Below are positions 1 through 8,719 of a stretch of 24,000 bases of DNA, one piece after another; position 1 is the first letter of the stretch; every line of letters starts with the position of its first letter. The notes beneath the pieces were generated by a model, which was not told the DNA's origin, searched no databases, and saw only the letters and a program-made list of their open reading frames with translations. Both the position numbers and the translations under genes were made by a program. This DNA is from Acholeplasmataceae bacterium (GTDB lineage: Bacteria; Bacillota_I; Bacilli_A; Acholeplasmatales; Acholeplasmataceae): assembly GCA_963675245.1 (NCBI GenBank), contig OY775910.1, forward strand, positions 752,801 through 776,800, given 5' to 3'.

Positions 1-663
1 ATCTTTACTAAAGGATTTTGGAAAGAAAATGGTATCTTCGTTATGGCGCTTGGTTTATGTCCTGCGCTTGCTGTTACCTCAACGTTTGAAGGTGCGTTTG
101 GTATGGGGATCCTCGTTATGATTATTCTAACGGCGACCAATACAACTGTTTCTCTGATTAGAAAATTCGTACCCGATACAGTACGTATTCCAACCTACGT
201 TATTATTATCGCGACTGAAGTTACTGTCTTAAAGATGATGGTAGATGCATTCGCTCCAGATTTAGCAAATGTATTAGGCGTATTCATCGCGTTAATTACT
301 GTTAACTGTATTGTATTTGGTAGAGCGGAATCATTCGCGTCTAAAAATACGGTTGTAAAATCAATGCTTGATGGTTTGGGAGTTGCTATTGGTTTTGCAT
401 TCTCACTATCAATGATCGGATTTATACGTGAATTTATAGGTACAGGTGCGATTAAACTAGGTTACACATTACCACTAGGATTCCAATATACATTATTTGG
501 CAATACCGTGCTTTCTGATTATGCGATTTCTGTACTCGTGAACCCACCAGGTGCATTCTTAACGATTGGTGTGTTGCTTGCTATCTTCACTTGGTATAAA
601 CAAGCAAAGACTGTTAGAGATGCCATGAAAGCTAAAAAGTTAAGGGAGGCTAAAAAAGCATGA
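1..663 (+). CDS. rnfE: Electron transport complex subunit RnfE/RsxE (5' truncated by window edge)
   Basis: Frame is open from base 1 (IFTKGFWKENGIFVMALGLCPALAVTSTFEGAFGMG...); typical RnfE/RsxE GLCPxLAVTxxxxxA motif; followed by rnfA with an ATGA overlap. Confidence 0.93.
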   Translation: MFTKGFWKENGIFVMALGLCPALAVTSTFEGAFGMGILVMIILTATNTTVSLIRKFVPDTVRIPTYVIIIATEVTVLKMMVDAFAPDLANVLGVFIALITVNCIVFGRAESFASKNTVVKSMLDGLGVAIGFAFSLSMIGFIREFIGTGAIKLGYTLPLGFQYTLFGNTVLSDYAISVLVNPPGAFLTIGVLLAIFTWYKQAKTVRDAMKAKKLREAKKA

Positions 664-1232
664 GTTTACTTCTATTATTAATATCCTCCATCTTAATTAA
701 CAATATCGTGTTGATGCAGTTCTTAGGATTATGTTCATTCTTCGGTGTCTCAACAAAGATGAAGTCAGTTGTTGGTATGGGATTAGCAGTTATCGTCGTT
801 ATTACATTAGCAGCGGCGATTACTTGGCCACTATATTATTATGTTTTACAACCTTTAAATATCGCTTATATTGATACGATTGCGTTTATCTTAGTGATCG
901 CATCACTCGTTCAATTAACTGAATTAGTGATTAAACGTGTCAGCCATTCTTTATATAAAGCACTTGGCGTCTATCTACCATTAATCGCGACGAATTGTGC
1001 GGTTTTAGGGGTAGCTTTACAAAACGTTGCAGTAGATAAAACTTATAGTGAAGCACTTGTTTATGGTGTTGGTTCAGCAATGGGTTATGCGTTTATTATT
1101 ATTGTGTTTGCTGCAATTAGAATCAGACTTGATTCAGCAAACGTTCCTAGAGCTGTCAAAGGCTTACCTATTGCATTTATTACAGCTAGTTTAATGGCGT
1201 TAGCGTTTATGGGACTAGGAGGCATGATTTAA
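660..1232 (+). CDS. rnfA: Electron transport complex subunit RnfA/RsxA
   Basis: 190-aa polytopic protein with ISSILINNIVLMQFLGLCSFFGVS, LPLIATNCAVLGVAL and GYAFIIIVFAAIR typical of RnfA; overlaps rnfE stop. Confidence 0.95.
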   Translation: MSLLLLLISSILINNIVLMQFLGLCSFFGVSTKMKSVVGMGLAVIVVITLAAAITWPLYYYVLQPLNIAYIDTIAFILVIASLVQLTELVIKRVSHSLYKALGVYLPLIATNCAVLGVALQNVAVDKTYSEALVYGVGSAMGYAFIIIVFAAIRIRLDSANVPRAVKGLPIAFITASLMALAFMGLGGMI

Positions 1233-1462
1233 TGGATCTAGTACAATTTTTAATTTTGCTTGCTATTGTAGGCGGAGTGATCGGCTTATATGTAGCAACC
1301 ATGTATTTAAATAAAGCAGTTGCTATACCTGAAGACTGCAAACATGCGTATGACGAAGCACAAACATGTGGTGTTTGTGCATCTCATGGATCATGTACGA
1401 TTGCTGGAAGCGAAGATAAATTCCAAGACGCCATCGAATTCATGAAGGAGGTTAAATTATGA
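1232..1462 (+). CDS. Small membrane protein with Cys cluster in the rnf operon (N-terminal TM helix, CKHAYDEAQTCGVCASHGSC)
   Basis: 76-aa ORF, start overlaps rnfA stop, stop overlaps the next ORF start; one hydrophobic N-terminal segment and four Cys. Confidence 0.8.
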   Translation: MDLVQFLILLAIVGGVIGLYVATMYLNKAVAIPEDCKHAYDEAQTCGVCASHGSCTIAGSEDKFQDAIEFMKEVKL

Positions 1463-1779
1463 TTGATTTATTTTTACCTCTCCTCATTTTAGGTGCGTTG
1501 GGTATTGTGATGGGAATTATCTTATCACTTGCCAATCGATTCTTAACGGTTGAAGAAGACCCAAGAATTGATGCTGTTGAAAAATTATTACCAAATTATA
1601 ATTGTGGTGCTTGTGGTACACCTGGTTGTCATGCATTTGCAGAAGGCATCATTATGGGTGAAGTGAAAAAACTTTCACGTTGTAAACCTGGTAAACCAGA
1701 TAAGCATTTCAATCCAATCTTAGAGTTCTTAAAAGATCATCCAAATGTTGATGGATCAAAGATTGATGTAAAGATCTAA
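1459..1779 (+). CDS. rnfB: Short RnfB-like (Fe-S)-binding protein (TM helix + one Cys cluster; lacks C-terminal ferredoxin domain)
   Basis: 106 aa, N-terminal hydrophobic helix then PNYNCGACGTPGCHAFAEGI...LSRCKPG, the RnfB Fe-S domain motif; ends before any CxxCxxCxxxCP ferredoxin motifs. Confidence 0.8.
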   Translation: MIDLFLPLLILGALGIVMGIILSLANRFLTVEEDPRIDAVEKLLPNYNCGACGTPGCHAFAEGIIMGEVKKLSRCKPGKPDKHFNPILEFLKDHPNVDGSKIDVKI

Positions 1780-1804
1780 AGGACACATTGTTGTCCTTTT
1801 CTTT
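1778..1804 (+). terminator. Intrinsic terminator after the rnf operon
   Basis: AAAGGACA-cattgt-TGTCCTTTTCTTT hairpin with T tract. Confidence 0.8.
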
Positions 1805-1827
1805 GCAGGTATGAAAGAAGGGGTCTT

Positions 1828-2892
1828 ATGAAAAAAACATTAGTATTACTTATCGCAATATTCGGATTATTCCTTTTTTCTGCGTGCCAAGAAAGCACAC
1901 CGGATATCAAAGATTATACAAAATCGTTTATAAACGATTATATGGACACATATATTAGAATCGACTACGCGACTGATGATGCAGATTTAGCGGCTGAAAT
2001 CGCGTTAGGCGTTGAAGATATTCTCGCTCATTATCATGATTTAACAAACAATTATGAAGGACCGAGAGATGTGAATAACAGCCCTAATATTTATGAAATC
2101 AATCAGCGAATTGGTGAAACGATAGCGATTGATCCAGATTTATATGATATTTTAGTATTATCAGAAGAACTTAAAACATTGACAGACGGTTATTTTGATA
2201 TTGGCATTGGTAAACTAGTTGATTTATGGAAAGCTGAAATTGAGCATGGTTATGAGAATAATACGATGACCGAAATGGCATTTAATGCTGTCACTGCGGC
2301 ATCCGACGCACTTGATTTTTCTGGTAATGTGATTGATTTATCAGTTGATGGCTACATCACAACGGCTGGAGAACATTTAAAACTTGATTTAGGTGCGATT
2401 GCGAAAGGTTATGCGACACAAAAATTAAGAGAATATCTTATGGATAAAGAACTTGTATACTTCATGATTAATAGCGGCACAAGTTCATTTGTATTTGGAG
2501 AAAATAGAAATCGCGATACAGGTTTATATCATATTGGATTAGAAGATCCGATGAATACAGGTGTACCATATGGTGTGGTTTACGTTAAAAATACAAGTAT
2601 CACGACGAGTGGTAACTTTGTACAATATGTGATGTATAACGAGTTACGTTATCACCATATAGTTTCGCCACTTACAAAAAGACCAGAACAGTATTATCAC
2701 ACTCTGAGTTTAATCGCAGATGATGCAGGTGTGCTAGATGCATTATCTACGGCATTATTTTCTATGTCACCAAGTGTATTATCGTCTTGGTTAGAGGAGC
2801 ACCAAACGGATTTAGGATTAGAAGTGATTAGTTATAATTATGATTTAAGTATCTCAACATATCTCATTGATACGGTATTTGAGGAACAATAA
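1828..2892 (+). CDS. apbE: ApbE-like FAD:protein FMN transferase, predicted lipoprotein
   Basis: MKKTLVLLIAIFGLFLFSAC lipobox; DGYFDIGIGKLVDLW and LDLGAIAKGYATQKLREYL motifs of ApbE; next to rnf genes. Confidence 0.85.
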   Translation: MKKTLVLLIAIFGLFLFSACQESTPDIKDYTKSFINDYMDTYIRIDYATDDADLAAEIALGVEDILAHYHDLTNNYEGPRDVNNSPNIYEINQRIGETIAIDPDLYDILVLSEELKTLTDGYFDIGIGKLVDLWKAEIEHGYENNTMTEMAFNAVTAASDALDFSGNVIDLSVDGYITTAGEHLKLDLGAIAKGYATQKLREYLMDKELVYFMINSGTSSFVFGENRNRDTGLYHIGLEDPMNTGVPYGVVYVKNTSITTSGNFVQYVMYNELRYHHIVSPLTKRPEQYYHTLSLIADDAGVLDALSTALFSMSPSVLSSWLEEHQTDLGLEVISYNYDLSISTYLIDTVFEEQ

Positions 2893-2893
2893 A

Positions 2894-3394
2894 ATGAAAC
2901 AATGGGGCTTAAAAACAAGAGATTTATTGTTAGCGGCAATTTTACTGCTATTAGCTGGTGGTGTTTTTATCACGATTAGGATTATCGCGTTGAATAGTGA
3001 CGCCTCATATGCTAATGTGTACTATGGCAGTTCAAATGAACCTATTGTTGAAGTTAATTTTGATTCAGGATTGGCACAAGTCAATTATGAGCAAAGTGTC
3101 CCAGAAAGTTATACCATCACTTATCCTTATATAGAAAACGGTCAAAATGATGCTGGTCATGCAGTGATTTGGGTGACATTGTTAGGTGACTATGAAATAG
3201 ATCATATAAGACAAGAATTGGTGATTGAATTTGATTTAGATCAAAAATCAATTCAAATTATAGAGGAAGAAAGTCCACAAAACATTTGTAGTAGACAAGG
3301 GATATCGACATCAGCACCACTCATTTGTCTACCCAATCGTGTCCGTGTAGAGTTTGTCACATCAGGTGATGTTGACATCGACTATTTGAGTTAG
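2894..3394 (+). CDS. NusG domain II-containing membrane protein
   Basis: N-terminal TM segment, conserved SPQNICSRQGISTSAPLICLPNRVRVEF pattern; gene neighbourhood apbE - this - Gx transporter. ATG at 2894 is more plausible than the track start 2867. Confidence 0.75.
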   Translation: MKQWGLKTRDLLLAAILLLLAGGVFITIRIIALNSDASYANVYYGSSNEPIVEVNFDSGLAQVNYEQSVPESYTITYPYIENGQNDAGHAVIWVTLLGDYEIDHIRQELVIEFDLDQKSIQIIEEESPQNICSRQGISTSAPLICLPNRVRVEFVTSGDVDIDYLS

Positions 3395-3397
3395 CCT

Positions 3398-3916
3398 ATG
3401 AACAGAAGAGAACAGACAAAGAAAATGGTGTTACTTGCTAATTTTCTAGCGATAGCCATTGTCTTAAACATTGTTGAATCGATGATTTCTATCATCCCCG
3501 TACCTGGTGCTAAAATAGGATTCGCTAATATTGTTACGTTGATTATTATCTATATATATGGGTACAAAGAAGCGACGACAGTAACCATACTTAGAATTTT
3601 ATTGGTGGCGTTGCTAAGCGGAAGACTCTTTGGTCCTACTTTTTGGTTAGGATTATCTGGATCAATATTATCCTTATCAGTGATGATTGTTATTCATAAA
3701 TTTAAATTATTCGGGACAGTTGGCGTGAGTGTTTTGGGTTCGTTTTTCCACAGTATAGGACAGATTATCGCAGGTATATTTGTGCTTGGTAGTGTCGCGG
3801 TTTTAACGTATTTACCCATCATGTTATTGATTAGTATACCGGCAGGTATTCTAACTGGGATGATCGCGGCTAAATTTGTCTCAGTTTGGACAGCAACACA
3901 CAACGAAAAAACCTAA
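3398..3916 (+). CDS. Gx transporter family / HepS1-like membrane protein
   Basis: Polytopic protein with PVPGAKIGFANIVTLI and GRLFGPTFWLGLSGSILS typical of this family. Confidence 0.8.
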   Translation: MNRREQTKKMVLLANFLAIAIVLNIVESMISIIPVPGAKIGFANIVTLIIIYIYGYKEATTVTILRILLVALLSGRLFGPTFWLGLSGSILSLSVMIVIHKFKLFGTVGVSVLGSFFHSIGQIIAGIFVLGSVAVLTYLPIMLLISIPAGILTGMIAAKFVSVWTATHNEKT

Positions 3917-3940
3917 TTTTTTGAAAGTGGAAACAAATGC

Positions 3941-3969
3941 TTGCACTCGTGTGGGCTTAATGATATAAT
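3941..3969 (+). promoter_or_regulatory. Sigma-A-type promoter upstream of rpmE
   Basis: TTGCAC-N17-TATAAT. Confidence 0.65.
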
Positions 3970-4025
3970 GTATTCGCAAAACTTACTATGGCGGACAAAA
4001 AGCCATGGCGGAAGGAGACCAAACG

Positions 4026-4289
4026 ATGAAAAAAGGAATTCATCCAAATTTCAACGTTATTAAGGTAAAATGCTCAACTTGCGGGTTTGAACATGAAATC
4101 GGAACGACAATTAAAGATTTCAGAATTGATACATGTTCAAATTGCCATCCATTCTATACAGGACAACAAACGTTCGTTCAGGCAGCTGGACGTGTTGAAA
4201 GATTCAACAAGCGTTATGGCATTAACAGCAATCAGCAACAACCACAAAACGAAGAAAATACAGAAGCAGAAGTTAAAGAACAAGAATAA
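4026..4289 (+). CDS. rpmE: 50S ribosomal protein L31 (Cys-containing type)
   Basis: MKKGIHPNFNVIKVKCSTCGFEHEIGTT...DTCSNCHPFYTGQQTFVQAAGRVERFNKRYG; RBS-like AAGGAGA upstream of ATG 4026 (track start 4005). Confidence 0.93.
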   Translation: MKKGIHPNFNVIKVKCSTCGFEHEIGTTIKDFRIDTCSNCHPFYTGQQTFVQAAGRVERFNKRYGINSNQQQPQNEENTEAEVKEQE

Positions 4290-4312
4290 CGTGATATTAA
4301 TCACGTTTTTTC
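4289..4312 (+). terminator. Intrinsic terminator after rpmE
   Basis: ACGTGAT-atta-ATCACGTTTTTTCTT. Confidence 0.75.
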
Positions 4313-4339
4313 TTAAACAGAGGACAGAGGTGTCAGGGG

Positions 4340-4930
4340 ATGTATCATACATATAACAAAGGGTTTATTGAAGTTGTCTGTGGACCAATGTTTGCAGGTA
4401 AAACAGAAGAGTTGATTAGACGAATCAAAAGACTTGAATATGCGAAACAAAATGTACTCGTCTTTAAACCAGCTGTTGATGTTCGCTATGAAAAAGATGA
4501 AATTGTCTCACATAACCTATCTAAAAAACCATCCATCGTTGTAGGTACAAGTGGAGAAATTATGGATTATGTTCAAGAAGCAACGGACGCTGTTGTGATT
4601 GATGAAGCACAATTTTTTGATCACGGGATTGTTGATGTTGCTGAACATTTAGCAGATCGCGGAATTCGCGTGATTGTAGGCGGTTTAGATACTGACTTTA
4701 GAGGTGAACCATTTGGTGCAATGCCAGACTTGCTTGCTAGAGCTGAGTTTGTTACAAAACTCACTGCGATTTGTGTGAAGAGCGGGTTACCAGCAACAAG
4801 AACACAACGTATCATTAATGGTAGACCAGCGAATTATTCGGATCCTTTAGTGCTGATTGGCGCGACAGAGTCTTATGAACCAAGATCAAGACATTATCAT
4901 GAAGTCCCAGGAAAACCTAAAAAAGATTAA
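4340..4930 (+). CDS. tdk: Thymidine kinase
   Basis: GPMFAGKTEELIRRIKR P-loop, VFKPAVDVRY, VVIDEAQFFD, GLDTDFRGEPF. Confidence 0.95.
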   Translation: MYHTYNKGFIEVVCGPMFAGKTEELIRRIKRLEYAKQNVLVFKPAVDVRYEKDEIVSHNLSKKPSIVVGTSGEIMDYVQEATDAVVIDEAQFFDHGIVDVAEHLADRGIRVIVGGLDTDFRGEPFGAMPDLLARAEFVTKLTAICVKSGLPATRTQRIINGRPANYSDPLVLIGATESYEPRSRHYHEVPGKPKKD

Positions 4931-4934
4931 ATTT

Positions 4935-5366
4935 ATGACCGCTGCACTTAAAGAAGCACAAAAAGCATTTGAAAAAAATGAAGTGCCCGTTGGTGCAGTC
5001 GTCGTATATGATGGTAAAATCATTGCGAGAGGTCATAATAAAAGAGAAGGCGAACAGCTCATTCACGGCCATGCAGAATTTTTGGCAATGATGAAAGCTG
5101 CGAAAAAATTAGGCAGTTGGCGGTTAGAAGATTGTGACATATATGTGACGATGGAGCCGTGCCCAATGTGTGCTGGCGCGATGATTCAATCACGTGTTAG
5201 AAATGTTTTTTATGGTGTTAAGGATTATAAGTCTGGTGTCGCTGATAGTATCATGGAAATGTTTGACTTACCCTTTAATCATCATGTGCACGTTGAAGGA
5301 ATGATTATGGCAGAAGAAAGCGAAGCATTGTTAAAAAGGTTTTTCAAACAATTAAGACATAAATAG
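4935..5366 (+). CDS. tadA: tRNA adenosine(34) deaminase TadA
   Basis: NEVPVGAVVVYDGKIIARGHNKRE, HAEFLAM, TMEPCPMCAGAMIQSRV; ATG 4935 fits better than the track start 4857, which overlaps tdk. Confidence 0.9.
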   Translation: MTAALKEAQKAFEKNEVPVGAVVVYDGKIIARGHNKREGEQLIHGHAEFLAMMKAAKKLGSWRLEDCDIYVTMEPCPMCAGAMIQSRVRNVFYGVKDYKSGVADSIMEMFDLPFNHHVHVEGMIMAEESEALLKRFFKQLRHK

Positions 5367-5482
5367 CCCTTTTCGGGCATCATCACTCAATTGTAGCGTG
5401 TGAACCTGGTCAGGCCTTGATCGGAGCAGCCATAAGCACTTCTATGATGTGGGTGATGATGCCCGAGTAGGGCTTTTATTAT
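5367..5482 (+). ncRNA. ffs: Small bacterial signal recognition particle RNA (4.5S-type)
   Basis: Long terminal stem GGGCATCATCAC ... GTGATGATGCCC and apical domain AACCTGGTCAGGCCTTGATCGGAGCAGCCATAAGC (compare conserved CCAGGUCAGG...GGAAGCAGCCA), outer AGCCC/GGGCT followed by T tract. Confidence 0.88.
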
Positions 5483-5570
5483 TTGAATAACCAATAAATC
5501 ATGTACTAACCAGATACTAAAGGTGTATACTATACAATGTAAGAAATAAAAAAATTCAAGATTTAGTGGG

Positions 5571-7901
5571 GTGCTTAAGGTGGGGAAAAAGTCTATTTGG
5601 TTAATCTTAATCATGATGTTTTTTTTAGTATCTTGCCAAAGTCAAATTTCTAGCATAGAAGATATCGATAACTATATTGAAAATTTTATGTCTCACAGTA
5701 ATCAATTTAATATTGATACAACAATTGATGCATCTATTACTGCTAACGGTGTTGAAACATCACTTACTGAAGAGATTGAAATGTTTATTCAAATAGAGCC
5801 ATACTACCTTACATATGTGGACGAAGGTATGACATATATAGAGTATATGGAAGACGACTTAATAAAAACAGCTTCGTATGATGAAATGTCACAAGTTGAA
5901 GGAAAATTTCTATATACATATTTAGAATATTTGCCTGATAATTATACAACATACGATATTGAATTAGATTTAAAAGACAATCATTATGATATAAAAAAGA
6001 CAAGACAGGGTTCATATGTCATAGAGGCTAACGTTAGAGATTTACTTTCAGAAAATGATTATGAATTAATTAATGCAATGATGGGCTCATTTCATTCAAC
6101 AGATGATTTTATAGAAGATGCTACTGCTAAAGCAGAGATTTTTTTATCAAGAAAAGAAATACGTTATATTGTGACAGTAAATATCGATATTGATGATTAT
6201 GATATTGCAGTGGAAGTTACAATGGACTTAAAAATTAGGTATGCATCATTTACAACAGTCGATGTTAGTGATACAACATTGTTTTTCCCTATCTCTTCTG
6301 GTGAAGGATCAGCTGTCATTGATGTTCACGAACATATATTATATCCTGCTCATCGAACAGGAGCAGTTAGTTACGATATTTATTTAGAGCCAGGTAAGTA
6401 TGTGTTTGATATCTTAGAAGAAGATTTTTCTGGAAGAAGAGTTCATGTTAATATCTATGACAAAAATACACTTGAAAGTGTATTAACTTTCGCAGACGTA
6501 TATAGTCCTACATACGATTTATATGAATCATCTATTAACACCTATTTCAATATCAATGAGGTGGGATATTACGAAATATTCATTGAGTATCCAGAATCAA
6601 ACATACCCGTAATTAGTCAACTTAAGGAGTATGAATATGATACAGATGGCACGATAAATCATGACTTAGTGGTTACTGAAAGTGGTACATATTACTACAA
6701 CATTGAAGGCCCATATGATTTCTTTTCTATCTATATTGACATACCTGGTTATACATATGTAGATATCACAAATTCAAACGGAAATAAGATGTATTTTACA
6801 GAATATGGCGAAGAAGAAATATATCATACATATAGTTTACACAATACACTTTCATATTTAAATCATGATCCACACAATATTTATATATTTGGTGACAACG
6901 CAATCAGTGGGACAGTTACTATTGAGTTAGAGCATTTAGATACAGCGGGTGAAATAGATTTTGACACAATGCCCGACATGCTAACAACGTTTGACATATA
7001 TTTACACACACAAAGTGACTTTATAGATCAATATTTAAAAGTTGAAATCATATCTCAAGGGTTTTATGAATTCTACTATGATATTATTGAAGGCTATCCA
7101 TTGATAAAAGATGCCCTGTATACTCAAAATGGAGAATTAGTAACAAACATCAATGAAGGCGAGATTGTACCACTAAGTATAGGAACATATTATTATTTAG
7201 TTTTGGGTGATAATTATGATGGTTACTACGGCATACGATATGATATGACATCAAAACATATTATCTCAAACGATTTGACAACACTTAATTCAATTGAAAC
7301 ACTTATAGGTAATTTAAATGACCTAAACTTAATTTGGGATTCAATAACAAGTAAAGATGACTATATTGTTTACAATTTTACATTGACAGAAGAAACAGAC
7401 GTTGTTATATCAAATGAAAGTGAATATCAATTGTATGCTGCTAGTGGAGAGAAGATTAGTTTAAATTTATATGATGCCACGTCGTATGGTGTTTACAGAT
7501 TAGATGCTGGAGACTACTTTGTTGGGGTGACGTTACCAAAAACATTTAATACAGATAATCTACCTTATGAGTATCATTTACTGCTTGGAGAATTAAATGT
7601 TCCTGGTTCTGAAAATGATACTTCAGTTTATCCATACTTTGAAATTTTAGAACCAAGAACCTGGGGAAATTCAATGCCAGATTATCTGGGAGATATTGAT
7701 GGTTATAAAATTATAGTTGACAAAGAAACAACATATGCTTTTACAGCTTATGAGTGGACAACAATTTTCAAAGGCAAACAACTGATTGCCACATTTTACA
7801 ACAGTGATACAATAACATTAGAACCTGGGATTTATTATGTCATTGGTGCGAGAAACCCAGAATATAATCCTTGGCACTTATACTATGATATTGTGGCGTA
7901 A
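5571..7901 (+). CDS. Large uncharacterised predicted lipoprotein (776 aa)
   Basis: Long ORF, signal peptide with lipobox SIWLILIMMFFLVSC; repeated beta-rich segments; probable GTG start 5571. Confidence 0.85.
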   Translation: MLKVGKKSIWLILIMMFFLVSCQSQISSIEDIDNYIENFMSHSNQFNIDTTIDASITANGVETSLTEEIEMFIQIEPYYLTYVDEGMTYIEYMEDDLIKTASYDEMSQVEGKFLYTYLEYLPDNYTTYDIELDLKDNHYDIKKTRQGSYVIEANVRDLLSENDYELINAMMGSFHSTDDFIEDATAKAEIFLSRKEIRYIVTVNIDIDDYDIAVEVTMDLKIRYASFTTVDVSDTTLFFPISSGEGSAVIDVHEHILYPAHRTGAVSYDIYLEPGKYVFDILEEDFSGRRVHVNIYDKNTLESVLTFADVYSPTYDLYESSINTYFNINEVGYYEIFIEYPESNIPVISQLKEYEYDTDGTINHDLVVTESGTYYYNIEGPYDFFSIYIDIPGYTYVDITNSNGNKMYFTEYGEEEIYHTYSLHNTLSYLNHDPHNIYIFGDNAISGTVTIELEHLDTAGEIDFDTMPDMLTTFDIYLHTQSDFIDQYLKVEIISQGFYEFYYDIIEGYPLIKDALYTQNGELVTNINEGEIVPLSIGTYYYLVLGDNYDGYYGIRYDMTSKHIISNDLTTLNSIETLIGNLNDLNLIWDSITSKDDYIVYNFTLTEETDVVISNESEYQLYAASGEKISLNLYDATSYGVYRLDAGDYFVGVTLPKTFNTDNLPYEYHLLLGELNVPGSENDTSVYPYFEILEPRTWGNSMPDYLGDIDGYKIIVDKETTYAFTAYEWTTIFKGKQLIATFYNSDTITLEPGIYYVIGARNPEYNPWHLYYDIVA

Positions 7902-7914
7902 TTTATAAAGTTAA

Positions 7915-7955
7915 AACAGAAGATTTATTATATGAACGATAAATCTTCTGTTTTT
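7915..7955 (+). terminator. Strong intrinsic terminator after the 776-aa lipoprotein gene
   Basis: AACAGAAGATTTA-ttatatgaacga-TAAATCTTCTGTTTTT. Confidence 0.85.
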
Positions 7956-8050
7956 ATGATGAAATCATAACATTTCACGCCTTTTACTTTACGCTTGCGA
8001 GTATGATGATGTTATAATGATTATGACGTAAAATAACGGAGGAAACATAT

Positions 8051-8719
8051 ATGAGATTAAACCCTAAAGTATTTAAGGCACTTACAGGCGATCCTTTCGC
8101 TGTGCAAGAGATTGATGGCCAAAGAGTGGAATTCCATTATATGGACGATACACCATATCTCGAACAATATACGGCACGTGGTCGTTTCGCGATTTGGACA
8201 TCAGACGGTAAAGGAAATTATAAAGTTCTTATTCAAAGTCAATATTATGAAGCATTGAAACCATTTTATGAACAAGGTGTTAATAAAATTTGGTTAGGTT
8301 TTTTATCAAAAGTTGGCACGATGAGCAGAAAAGTAAACATGTTATTCTTAATTCCAACAATGGTTGTTTACGCGATTGCAGTTGTGTTGTTCTCAATTTT
8401 CTGGGAAGAACAAATTATGATCTTATTGATTGTCATGCTCGCAAGCGTTATTGTTACTAACATGTTTCAAAGCAGATATGTTAACAAGAAAGTAAAAGAA
8501 GAAAACAACAACACACAAGAAGCAATTAAAGCATATGTGGGAGAAGAAGAATTCTCAGCATTAGTTAAAAACCAAGAAACATTCTTTGCTGAATATTTTA
8601 AGACCGAAGAAGTTCAGCCTGAAACACCTGCTGAAAGTGAAGAACAAGAAGTGATTGAAGCAGACATAGAACCATCTGAAACAAATAGTAATGAAGAGGA
8701 CGATTCAAATGACAAATAA
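8051..8719 (+). CDS. Hypothetical membrane protein with acidic C-terminal tail
   Basis: ORF preceded by GGAGGAAA RBS; two central hydrophobic helices, Glu-rich C-terminus. Confidence 0.85.
   Translation: MRLNPKVFKALTGDPFAVQEIDGQRVEFHYMDDTPYLEQYTARGRFAIWTSDGKGNYKVLIQSQYYEALKPFYEQGVNKIWLGFLSKVGTMSRKVNMLFLIPTMVVYAIAVVLFSIFWEEQIMILLIVMLASVIVTNMFQSRYVNKKVKEENNNTQEAIKAYVGEEEFSALVKNQETFFAEYFKTEEVQPETPAESEEQEVIEADIEPSETNSNEEDDSNDK

Noticed and set aside
4087-4356. ORFs 4087-4356 (+) and 4137-4352 (-) overlapping rpmE
   Set aside because: Overlap the well-supported L31 gene in other frames.
5387-5614. Minus-strand ORF over 5387-5614
   Set aside because: Overlaps the SRP RNA and lipoprotein gene start; no family resemblance.
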